64,000 nt of DNA from Halocafeteria seosinensis (lineage: Eukaryota): contig LVLI01000294.1 in assembly GCA_001687465.1 (NCBI GenBank), positions 62,001-126,000 of the forward strand, written 5' to 3'. Both the position numbers and the translations under genes were made by a program. Below are positions 51,982 through 63,042 of the stretch, in pieces. The notes beneath the pieces are model-generated. The model saw nothing but the letters and a program-made list of their open reading frames with translations. It searched no databases and was not told where the DNA came from. How positions within the stretch are numbered: position 1 is the first letter of the stretch; each line of letters starts with the position of its first letter.

Positions 51982-54240
51982 ATGAGTCGAAAAAGTCAAC
52001 AGAAACAGGAAGTAATACCCAGTAGCGATGAAGAGGAGGAGGATTTGGAATTTGATGATGAAGATACCGATGAGGAAGTGGTAGGTAGACCTTCCTCATC
52101 GAGAAAGAGTCCACCGTCTCGTAGCAGCCGGAGCAATGCAAAAAGCAGCAAAAACATGGCAATCTCAGACGAAGACGAAGGGGAAGGAGACGAGGATGAG
52201 GACGAAGAAGCGGATAGTGGTGAAGAGGAGGAAGCAGATGAAGAAGACGACGACGAGGAAGAACTGTTTTCCCCGCAAAGTGAATCAGACGAAGAAGAAG
52301 ACTACGAAGAGGAAATCAAATTTTCCAAAGAATCCAACAAGAAAAAGCGGCGGAGCTCTTCTGTTCGCTCGACAACTAAAACGCCGAAGTCCGAAGTATC
52401 GAACAAGAAACGTCCAAGAAAGAGTAACACAGATGACGATGAAGAAATTATTGATATTGAAATGGGATCAAGCTCTACAAAACAAACCCCCAAGAAGCGA
52501 AAGGCAGAAGAACCTAGCTCTTCTGCTTCTGCTAAAAGCAGCTCCAAGAAGAAGGCCCTTACAGCTCTCCAGACTTTAGGGCAAGAAGCCGCTTCCGACA
52601 GTGCTGTCAAGACTTTGGACGAACTGGGATATACAAACGTAACTGAAGTTCATGAACTCGGTCCAACGACAGTAATGCGAAGAGTAGAAGATGTCATTAT
52701 CAGAGTTGCGGAGAGTATCATGCAAGGCAACGCGTTTGAGTATCGAATCCCGAACCGGAGTTCTTCAAACCAGGTATACGTCCAAGAGGTGAGTAGCGAT
52801 CGATCTGCTTATGAACAGAAATCTTTTCAAAATTCTGTGATCATTCTCCGAGGCTGTACAGTTAGACCGCATTGTTTTGCTTGACAAGATCTCTACGAGA
52901 GCGTTTCTCTCGTCGAGTAGCATACGAAAAACTGTCATCATGACGCGGGTCATGCAACTGATACATGAAGTCTTGCGGAGGAATATTCATACGACAAAGC
53001 GTGACTTATTCTGTAAGTTGGTTGTGTCCGTAGCAGTTTGACCATTGCAATCTCCAATGTGTACCCACCAAGGGTTGCAGACACGGACGTCAAATTATTC
53101 AAAGGGCAGAACGAGTCGGACGCTGTCTTGGATGACGTTGCGTGCCTAGCCGGATGTACACGCACGTCACTGCACGTGGTTGCTAGTGAAAAAGGAGTAG
53201 TGGTGGGACGTCTCCAATTTAAAGAAGACGGAGATGAAATTGATTGCTCTAAAATGGGTGTTGGGGGCAAGGCCATTCCGCCTTATATTGATCGCATTAC
53301 AGACCTTAGGAGTGATGCACAATTCATACTATTGGTAGAAAAAGATGCTGCTTTTATGCGCCTGGCAGAAGATCGGTAAGGCTTGCAATTCTGTGCCTTC
53401 GATGTAGTTGTGGGGCACTCGTTTGCTCGCGTTCAGGTTCTATAACAAATATCCGTGCATCATTTTGACCGCGAAGGGTCAGCCAGATGTTGCTACAAGG
53501 TAAGGCAGTTACACTGTTTATGTCTGCTTTGTTGTGTGACATGTCTTGCGTACTTTACAGGTTGTTTTTAAAAAATCTTCGAAGCACCCTCAAAATACCT
53601 GTACTAGGTTTGGTTGACAGTGATCCCTATGGTGAGTTCTACTATGATTGCCGCTACTCTATCTTGTGTACCATGAAACCGGCGATTACAGGTTTGAAAA
53701 TCCTCTCGGTGTACTTGAGTGGAAGTAAAAACATGAGCTACGATTCTGGTATGTATGAGATTCATATTCCTGCATTCCCCATTCCCCTATGTCATTTGAG
53801 ATGCGTTGTACACTGCCTGACAGCGTCCTTGACGACCCCTGATATTAAGTGGCTAGGAATTCGACCGTCGGACTTGGACAAATATAATGTAAGAAATGGA
53901 CCATAGTGTCATCCTGTCGCCACATCTGAACAAACCCCAGGTAAAACGCAGATTCCGGAGCAATGCCGTCTTAAAATGACTGCTGGGGATGTCAAGACTG
54001 GAAAGGACATGTTGAAGGAGGATTTCATTATGAAGAACTCGAAATGGCATGAGGAACTACAGCATATGATTAAGCGTAAAGAAAAGGCTGAAATACGTGA
54101 GTATACCTGAGCTTGAAGGGCTTATTGTACGGCTGTGAATATATCTTCGGTCGCGTGCAGAATCTCTCTCTGCGTACGGATTCCAATATTTGACGGAAAC
54201 GTATCTTCCAGCAAAATTGAAGGAAGGAGACTGGATATAG
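51982..54240 (+). CDS. TOP6A: DNA topoisomerase VI subunit A (SPO11-3 type) with acidic N-terminal extension
   Basis: [35 protein letters not shown] (catalytic Tyr); [43 protein letters not shown]...LP.KL..GDWI*; all introns GT-AG. Confidence 0.95.
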
Positions 54241-54242
54241 CT

Positions 54243-55116
54243 TCATGCCGCCGTTATTTCACTGAGAGCAGATTCAAGGGCCTCCCTGTTGCCTTCATCG
54301 AAGGCGCAGAAGATCACCTTGTCAAGACTGTCGGGATGTTCTTTAACGAAATCCACAACAGTCCTAGCAGCAACTTTCGCTGCATCTGCAACAGGATACC
54401 CATAAACACCCGTGGAAATAGAGGGAAAAGCTACGGACCGTGCTCCTTTTTCCACCGCACGGTTCAAAGAATTCACATAACAATTCTTGAGCAGCTCTTC
54501 TTCTCCTTCCTTCCCATCCCTGTACACTGGTCCTACAGTGTGTATGACGTACTTCGCCGGGAGCTTATAGCCGGCGGTAATTTTCGCTTCACCTGTGTTG
54601 CATCCTCCTAGTCCTCTGTATTCGTACGGTTTATATCATGTGATAATGAAACCGAACAGCCCGTTTCATGACATCCAGAGCGGACCTTACTTGCACTCTT
54701 CCTTCAGCTCCGGTCCGGCAGCAGAATGGATCGCTCCGTCTACACCGCCACCGCCCATCAAACTCTTATTGGCCGCGTTTACGATAGCATCCACTTCCAG
54801 TTTAGTTATATCGCCCTTGTGCACTTCGACTTTGTCTCCTACGGCGCTCATTGTCTCTGTGCCTCATCGAACAGAGTATCCAACTCAGTATCTGGCTCAT
54901 CGACAATATCTTCCTCTACTTACTTGCAGTTCCGGCCTCGACTGAATAGAAAGAATGAGTTGCTCCTATTCCCCGTATGAAGCTTCCTTGATTCACAATT
55001 ATCCCAAGAGCCGATATCAACGACACAAAGCTCGAATTCCGAATTGGTGTTCTACACCAAGTGTTGGGTGATAGCCGTCGTCCTGCTCGTACCAGCGTGC
55101 TCAGCTGGCGAAGCAT
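54243..55116 (-). CDS. MacroD/YmdB-type macrodomain (ADP-ribosylhydrolase / O-acetyl-ADP-ribose deacetylase)
   Basis: [63 protein letters not shown]; presequence-like first exon. Confidence 0.92.
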
Positions 55117-55444
55117 TCCTGTCCAGTTTCACTTGTACACTTCTCTCGTGCGAAAATATCGCGAAATTCGATGCAGAATCAATTCATGAAATACTTCCAA
55201 TTGAATGGACCATGAAGTTGAAGTTTACGTGAAGGGATTTCCAACAAGGAAAGATTTAACGCTCTATGTCAACAACGTGCTACAAACTAGCTCGCATAGT
55301 CGGGCATTCATAATGTAGGAGAAGAATCCTTATAGTCCACGGGATGATGCAAATGTAGCGTTAGGGACAGTAGAAGATTAGACAAGAGTTAACATGCATT
55401 TGGTATTCACGCAACCATGCACGTAACCACACACCAGTGCAACA

Positions 55445-57297
55445 ATGAGACGAGTTACTCTCGTATGGGGAATACTCATAGTCCACATGCTCGCGTATCG
55501 GGCAAGCTGCGAGTATGCTCTGCGAAACTTGCCTTCTACAGCACACTTGCCAAGACAAGTGCGGTTTCTGATGCTAAACAGTGATTACAATGCTACAGAG
55601 ACGGCTAAGGTAAACTCCATAACTTAACTTGATCATTGTATGACGGTCTTATGTGTTTTCTCCTCCTCGCAGAAGTTTCCCGGAGTTGTAAGGTTGAGAA
55701 ATGTGTTTACTACTAACCCCGCTTACCCGTACTGTAATGGCATTTTTGTCCATGAAAACTTCGTAAGTGGCTCGTGTCTCTGTTTTTGATTCGTTGAATT
55801 GACATTCTTACGTTTTCCAGGTACTCACCGCCGGGGGTTGTATTAGTAATGAGAATACTCTTCTCGAAGATGACGGATTCTTTTGGACAGAGAACGATAA
55901 AGCTCCTGCGATAATTGTGGAAGTAATGCATCCAAATGGCTCGGTGACTGAGGTGGCTGACCTTCGCGCGGTTCAATTTCACCAAGCTTCTCGGGAAGGG
56001 TTCAACATTGCTCTGTTATTTGTTGAAAGACGTCCAGCAGCCTCATCAGTTACCATTCAGAATTATGGAATTCAGCGAGTAAACTATGTAAGACCCACGC
56101 ACAGTGTGCATAGTGTGACTTTTAATGTTCAGATGATGGATAGATGTGTGTGTGGATGGATTGCAGGCGTTACCACGAAGCGGAGTAGTCAGCGCTATTG
56201 GAAACGATGATACTGCTGTCAACGCAGATGGAGAAGACATAATCGCAGGCAAAGTTCGACACCTGGCGGGAGATATACTTATCAATCAACAATCTGACGC
56301 CAACGAGCGAAATGGTGTCTGCGCAAACCAATTTGTTTCTGGGGCGTTATTGTATGAGAGGTTAGAGTCCAGAACCGGCGAGATATTCAACAAACCGGCT
56401 ATATGCGTTGTCTTCGGAGAACGTGGAGCACCCGTGCTGCTTCGGGCGAATCCTGGAGAAGATATTTGGCCATTTACACCTTCCGTAACAAGTACTGAAT
56501 TTATAGTGGTCGGTATGGTTATAGGGGAACTTAACAAAGAAGGAGTCTGCTCAGATACTTTAACACGTGTCACGAACACCGTGTTTCAGATCACCTGGAT
56601 TTATGAAAGTATGCAGAGACTCCAAGCATGGGCACTCGATGAGGGTATAGACACAGAATCAGTTGATACACCATTCAAAATCTGTCCTTCCGCAACGCCG
56701 ACACGAACACCCCGTCCCACAAGTTCCGCAACAGCATCATTTACACAGAATCCAACAACAACTCCCTCGCCTTCAACTGCCCCACTTCCAGCTGAAGGAA
56801 TAGACTGGCTAGTCATTGGACTGTCTTCAGGGGCAATATTTATCTTCGTGATGTCGAGTGTCATATTATGTATAAAATGGAACGAAAAGCTGAAATCCGA
56901 AAAGAAAAAAGCTAAAAGGAAAGACGAAATATACAAGAAAGCTTTAGAGAAAGCGACGGAGTCCAAAATATTAACAATCAAAGACGAGCTGGAGAAAGAG
57001 GATATTCGGAAGCAACAAGTGGAAAATGCGGCGGCAGAGCAGGCTAACAGGATTAAAAAATTCAAACCAAAGTCTTTAAGACGAAAACAGAAGGAAGAGA
57101 GACTAAAGCAAATGCAGCGGAAAAAGCGGGCGAATAAAGGAAACACAGCGAATGGTGTAGGCGTAAAGGAAGCGGCATACAGATTCTATATGCCTGAGGA
57201 GAACGAGGATGGCGACGCAGTGCGCCTAGAGAACTCAAAACGCTTATCTGATAAGACGGGGTCAAACGACGTTGCGCCTCCAGGGACAGTTCCTTAA
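55445..57297 (+). CDS. type I membrane protein with catalytically dead trypsin-like (S1) ectodomain
   Basis: Signal peptide; spliced CNGIFVHENF/VLTAGGC, NIALL, CVVFGERGAP, C-terminal WI; Thr/Pro stalk; TM WLVIGLSSGAIFIFVMSSVILCI; Lys/Glu-rich tail. Confidence 0.75.
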
Positions 57298-57549
57298 AGA
57301 ACTGCTAGTAGAAAGCAAACCTAGTCTAGGACCAAAGAAGGATATGGCGGTATTGAACTATTTTACCAGGGTGACTACGTTCTTAGCCATCTTCTGTCAT
57401 TACCTGCCCCTAAAGAAACCTTGAAGGACTAAACCGATTTGAAGAAATCGCAAGCTCGAGTTCTCAAGCATAAACAATGTTTCTGACTTATCAAAACTTC
57501 CTAATTTGATTTCAAACACCGACCAACATAACTAATAAAAGCGTCCTCT

Positions 57550-58797
57550 TTACACATTCGCTGGCCTCAGCTTCGTGAAGTCCTTCGGATTGAATATTGC
57601 ACCGTAGCAATACACAAGCTTATATCCTCGAAATATCATGTAGTTTTCCAGCAGCTCTACAAGCTCAGATCGCGAGTTGAAGGACACTTTAGAAAGAGCA
57701 GATTTTCCGAAGAGTTGATTACACTTTTCAATCTTCTTCCTCAATCTCGGATAATAGTCATTCACAATGACAAACTTTTGAACCAAAATGTGGTACAGAA
57801 GAGAATAAATTTCGTCTTCGCAGTTGGGTATGTAGAAATCGTGTTCTGTTCTGACCCTGTTGTTGAGCATATGGTGTGCCCAAGCGGTGTCATAGTAGTT
57901 GTCCCCTGGAGAACGGCCCTCGATAAGAACACTTTGGTTTCCCACGGCCACTAGAGCTGGTCCCCTGCGAATTATTGAGGACTTTGATAACAAAGATGTA
58001 TTTGTCAATGCCAAAGTCAGGAGCATCGGATCATTAACAAGCAGGTCGACATCTTTGTGGTTGTTGACAAACGGGTTACGCGGCATATTTTCATGATTGC
58101 GAAGTATCAACCATTTCAGTCCTGGGTACGAATTCAGGGCTGCAAATACTTCCTTCATGTTATTGTAGGCTGTCAATGATGGCATATTCAGGTACCTATT
58201 GTATGACATTCCGAAGAATTTCATAGTATTTAGGGTTTCTCTGAGATTAACGGTTCCATGAAGAGAGAGATGCTTACGGCACTGTTTCTTCATCCTGAAC
58301 ATGTTGTCGTTTACGATATCCGGTCCACTTCTCGTTGTTTGGGAAGTATATCGAGGGTCAAGGTCTTCCACTACATACAAAGGCACAGGCAGCTCGTGGT
58401 CCAAAGCCGGGTGAGCACCGAAATAGGGAGCTCTTTCGTGCCTTTTTTCAAAGGATTCTCCCCATATGACCTTCATAAACAGATGCCGTGCTCTACCGGC
58501 GGTGAATGGACCAATCCGCTTTTCTCCTTTGTATCGAACACTTGTATGGTTGAAATGTATGATGCAAAGTTGGAGTTGTGGCCCATCTTTCGGGTTCCAG
58601 GGCATTAACAAGTGTATCTCAGGCTGTTTCATAGTCATAGACGCTCGATCGGTAATATTCGCCAGAGACTCTTCTACGTAGCAACCTTCTAGGTCACTAG
58701 ATGTCTTTGGGCGAGGAATCGGGAGTGAATTCTCAGTGAGTATCTTTCCTTCGATGGAGACAACACTGCTATGCAAGAAAATGCTACATGACACCAC
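57550..58797 (-). CDS. putative nucleotidyltransferase-fold protein (bacterial-like); extra 5' exons likely up to about 59100
   Basis: EVFAALN...WLILRNHENMP...HKDVDLLV (DxD)...GDNYYDTAW...ML..R...YSLLYHILVQK, a pattern recalled from uncharacterised bacterial polysaccharide-locus proteins. Confidence 0.6.
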   Translation of the reverse strand: MVSCSIFLHSSVVSIEGKILTENSLPIPRPKTSSDLEGCYVEESLANITDRASMTMKQPEIHLLMPWNPKDGPQLQLCIIHFNHTSVRYKGEKRIGPFTAGRARHLFMKVIWGESFEKRHERAPYFGAHPALDHELPVPLYVVEDLDPRYTSQTTRSGPDIVNDNMFRMKKQCRKHLSLHGTVNLRETLNTMKFFGMSYNRYLNMPSLTAYNNMKEVFAALNSYPGLKWLILRNHENMPRNPFVNNHKDVDLLVNDPMLLTLALTNTSLLSKSSIIRRGPALVAVGNQSVLIEGRSPGDNYYDTAWAHHMLNNRVRTEHDFYIPNCEDEIYSLLYHILVQKFVIVNDYYPRLRKKIEKCNQLFGKSALSKVSFNSRSELVELLENYMIFRGYKLVYCYGAIFNPKDFTKLRPANV

Positions 58798-59277
58798 ATA
58801 GTATGGTAGTCAGCAAGGTAAGTGTACTTACAATATCCATCCAATAAGACAGTGAAATAACCTGCATCGTCTGGTCATTTCCCTGATTGGCACCCGTGGC
58901 CACCAAACCAACGGGGCCACCACCACGTCTTTTGCCTATGTATGGGAGATATGCGGTGGTTAATGTCCCCGTAACCAATGCTTTATCTTTTGTGGCATAT
59001 CAACAATACCTCTGGACTAGTTTACCCGTACAGGAACCAGAACAAGCAGCACCGAAAGTTCCGGAACAGGCCCAACGTGCTTGCTCGCTTGAAGTCCATG
59101 GACCCAAAGTTTCCCAGACGGTCCTAAACGCAACATATGGATTGTATATGAATTTTTTTTCCAGGTCGATCAAAATAGGCACTCTCAAACTTATACTGTA
59201 CGATTTTCTGCACTTTGTAGAGTAGCGCGGGTGCCTGCGGGAAAAGACGTTGGGTTTGTCGCAAGCTTTATTTCTTG

Positions 59278-61658
59278 ATGGAACGCGATTACGTTGCCAC
59301 AGAAAGCAGGCCTGCACTGTCAACAGATAGTTGGGACAATAACGTCATCCGCCGAGCAACGCAGGAGCTCGAGGATATCGAACGGCAACTGAGTGAATCG
59401 AGGCTAACGTGGAAAAATTCGCGCGCAGGGACTGAGGCCGTTAACAGAGACCAATTAATAGATGCTCGTACCTCTGAATTGAAGGCCTTAAACGAAAAAA
59501 TGGATTCATATAACAATTATCAAGTGTCCAGAGGAGGGGAAAATCAGTCCTATAGTGGAGGTAATCAATTTGGTTACTCCAGGGTCTGGAGAACTGAAGA
59601 TACCACTATAGGAGTCGATACCAATCCCTCAGGCGATTCCAACGTGAATGTCAACATTCGTAGGAGTCCTCCCCATGATCGCATGAGCCAATCTTCTCCA
59701 ATAAAGCATAGTGATTACGGGGGCACGTGGAACCGTAGTGATGCTAACCTCAATGAATCGCGACGAAGTGGGGCACGGCGTGAGAGCGACGCCCAACTTG
59801 AGGCATTGAGAGACTCGGGTCTCGGTGCCAACATGGACTTGGCAAATTTGAGTGGATCAGGTTCGCTTTCAGCAGGTATTGAGTGTTCTCTAAGAGCCTC
59901 GTCTTTAGCGTTAGTGAGGGTTTGTGTTTTCTTGTGCAGGACATTCTAAGGCCATCTTGAACGCTCTAAAAGCTCTCCAGGAGAAGATCCGCCGACTGGA
60001 AGATGAAAAGCAAGTAAGTAGTGAGAACGTGATACGGCTGTGCTTTAGATGGCATCAGTTGTTTTTCCGTGTTTTATTTTCTTCCTCACTCAGCGATACG
60101 CCGATGATTACCATCACTTATCAGAAGAATTCAAGGCGTACAGGAGTCGATGCGAGGAGCAGCGACAAGATCTTCAGAACAGTTTAGAAGCAGAAAAGAC
60201 ACGTTTGAACTCCAATATATCTAGTCTTGAAAGAGAGCGAAGTAACTTGGGGGACGAATTGCACAGCAAGACGAAAGAAATTGAAGTAAGTTGCTAGTGT
60301 TGCTTAGCGACATGTCACCTTAGTAGTTTGGTTTCGCGTGCAGTCCCTTCAAGAAGAAAACTCCCGATTAAGGAAGGAACTGAATGATTCGTACGCAAAG
60401 TATCGAGAATCGCTGGAGAAACATGACCAGACTGTGAACGGTAAGCGGCTACATCTCCCATGCGCAAGTCTGGGTGGCCCTACTGACGTACTGCCTGCAT
60501 ACAGAGCTCGACAACACGCGTAATGAGAGACATCAATTGGAAGGACGGATCTCTCATCTAAAGGAAGAGCTAGAACAGAGTAAGAGGAGGGAAGAGGCCA
60601 GCAACAAAGCATACACGGAGCTTTCAGAAAAGTTCCAAGACGTAACGGACTTCAATCGCACAATCGTATCCAATCTTCCCGGCTCACCATCAAGACAGGC
60701 TAAAGGAGGTGCCAAAGGCAAAAAGAAGAGAGGAAGAACAGCAAAAAAGAAGACAATAACGAAGTCTTCTGCCCCTCAAGGACTGAGCACTTCTCAGAGT
60801 TTTCGCCAGTCGCAAGACAGAAGTCGAGACAGGTCAACTTCCCGTCCAAAGTTCAGTGGCAAGAATGTATATGAGCAGTTGAAACAACATTATGGAGGGA
60901 GTTTTCCATTTCTGTTAGGCACTAATGCTGGAGCAACACACTCTGTTATCGGAAACGTGCAGCTTACATTAGGGGACAGAAACGCCTATGGCAACAGAGC
61001 TCCTCCCCCACCTCATAATCGTGGCTCCTCACGCAGCCGGTCTCCCCCTTCGCAACAAGAGGATGTACATAATATTCGTTCTCATGTGGATACCCCTCCA
61101 GAATGGCAGTCTCAGAGTGGTACTTTTAGCCGACGAAGGACAGCGTCGGAAGACGAAGGGTATCAGCGTAGAGATGCCACAGAAGACCACTCGCCTCGGT
61201 TAAGTACGAGTGAAAGAAAACATAGAAGCCGATCACGGAGTTTGTCGCCGGAAGTAGTGTCTAGATCTACGGGAGAAATGGACAGAGTCATACAAGCCCT
61301 TGAAGATGAGTACTACTCTCTGGAAGAACGGTACAATCAACTCATGGATTCAATATCTAATATTCAAGGAGAAGACAGCGATAACCAAGACTCCAGAGAT
61401 AACGAAAAGTTGTCCAATGCATTGCAAGAGCTTGTGGAATTAATGCGGGCAAAAGGGGAACAATTAGAGTTGCTCAAACAAACTAGGGATGAAGTACTGA
61501 ATTCTTCAGAACGAAGTCCGCTGAGGAATCCTCAAGCCAACCGACGTCGAAGTGACGCTATGCGTTTGTTTCATCAGTTAAAGGAGATGGCCATGGAGAG
61601 CAACCCATGGCTTCTCCACCCGGAAAAATTGCAGTCTCGCCATTCGGATAAACGTTAA
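59278..61658 (+). CDS. CEP57: centrosomal protein CEP57/translokin-like
   Basis: AILNALKALQEKIRRLE (centrosome localisation domain), FPFLLGTNAGATHSVIGNVQ, VIQALEDEY...LQELVELMRAKGEQL (microtubule-binding domain). Confidence 0.85.
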
Positions 61659-61700
61659 CTCAATACACTTGCGTCGCCAAGTACTATTACTTCATGCAGC

Positions 61701-62433
61701 TCATTTGCCGCGAGTTAGCAATTCGTTTGCCTCATTAATTTTCCCAGCCAGATAGGTAGATCCACCGCGATCTGGATGATTCAGAATCAACATTTTTTTG
61801 TACCTCTCTCGAATCCTCGTTTTATTAGCACTCTCCCTGCATATTGTGAACCACTCTACATGTACTCCGTGGAAGTGGTTTCGTCTCCGCAGTTTGATGC
61901 GACATACCTAACTCCAAGAATTAAAGAAGCCTCCCTTCTCGTCATTTCTTCTTCAAAGTCTCCCTTATAGTACTTTGAAACGTCCGCTACAGATGACTTT
62001 CTCTTAGCCGCCCACGCTTGATAGTACTGCAGCAATCAATGTTGCATGTATACTTAGCAAAGATGTACAATCAGAACGGCACTGTGATGTCTCTCACCTC
62101 TACTCCATATCTCAGAGCAATTGCACCCGCTGCAACAGCGATACCCCCCACAATCACTGGATTCTCGGTCGGCGGTGATGTATGAATTCCTCTCTGTTGT
62201 TGACGGGCTAAGCTTGTCTCAGTCTGACTTCCCCGAAGAATTGCCGCCTGTTGATCGATTCCAAGACTAGTTCTACCCTTAAGACCACTATTTCCTTGGT
62301 CAAATTCATTAAAACATGTCGAGTTCCCAATGAAGTTCGAGTAGAAGTGCAAGGTCGTTGGTCGATGGTAGGTAAATACTCGAGCAGTAGTGGGCGTTCC
62401 TACGCGGCGCTGAGTAGCGAGCACACGAGACAT
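61701..62433 (-). CDS. PAM18: mitochondrial import motor J-protein PAM18/TIM14 (DNAJC19-like)
   Basis: [43 protein letters not shown]...[28 protein letters not shown] at 61701-61703. Confidence 0.92.
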
Positions 62434-63042
62434 TCTAATCTACGAAGAAAATTGATCGAGTATGTATCGATACGCTACACCTATGCACTGCCAATCCTGG
62501 TGTTAATTCACACCACGACACTACAATACAGGGTCACGATGCATGACTTGGTGTCACTGGAGCTTGAAGTTTTTACAACGATGGAGAACTTCAACTTTGT
62601 GGACCACTGACTGATATAAGCTGGAACAGGTAACTAGTTCAGTAGACCGTGGAGTTAGAAGTCGGTAACTGTGTCTATTAAAAGGCAACGGTGGTAGTAG
62701 TACCGCCAAAGAGAGTCGTTTGTGACGAAATGACCCGCATATGACCCTATACCGTGAATAGCCCTGTCATGGAATGTACGTAAGCTGATGCCGACCCAGT
62801 CACCATGCAGTGGATCATATAGACAAGAAATTTAACAACGATTTCGCATGAGAACGCCTTGATACTTTCGTACGGAACACTGCACAGTATTTTCTATGGA
62901 CCACCGACAGTCTTGTGAAGATCTCATATGCCAAACATTGTCAGGCCGTGTAGTTCATTTGCCAGTTATAGTATTGTCAACATACACGAATAATACAATA
63001 GCTTACTTTTGTTCGATCTGCTACGTATATTCTGTTGTCGTC

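Noticed and set aside
54135..54611. 158-aa + ORF spanning the TOP6A end and macrodomain gene
   Set aside because: Out of frame with TOP6A and antisense to MacroD; no recognisable motifs.
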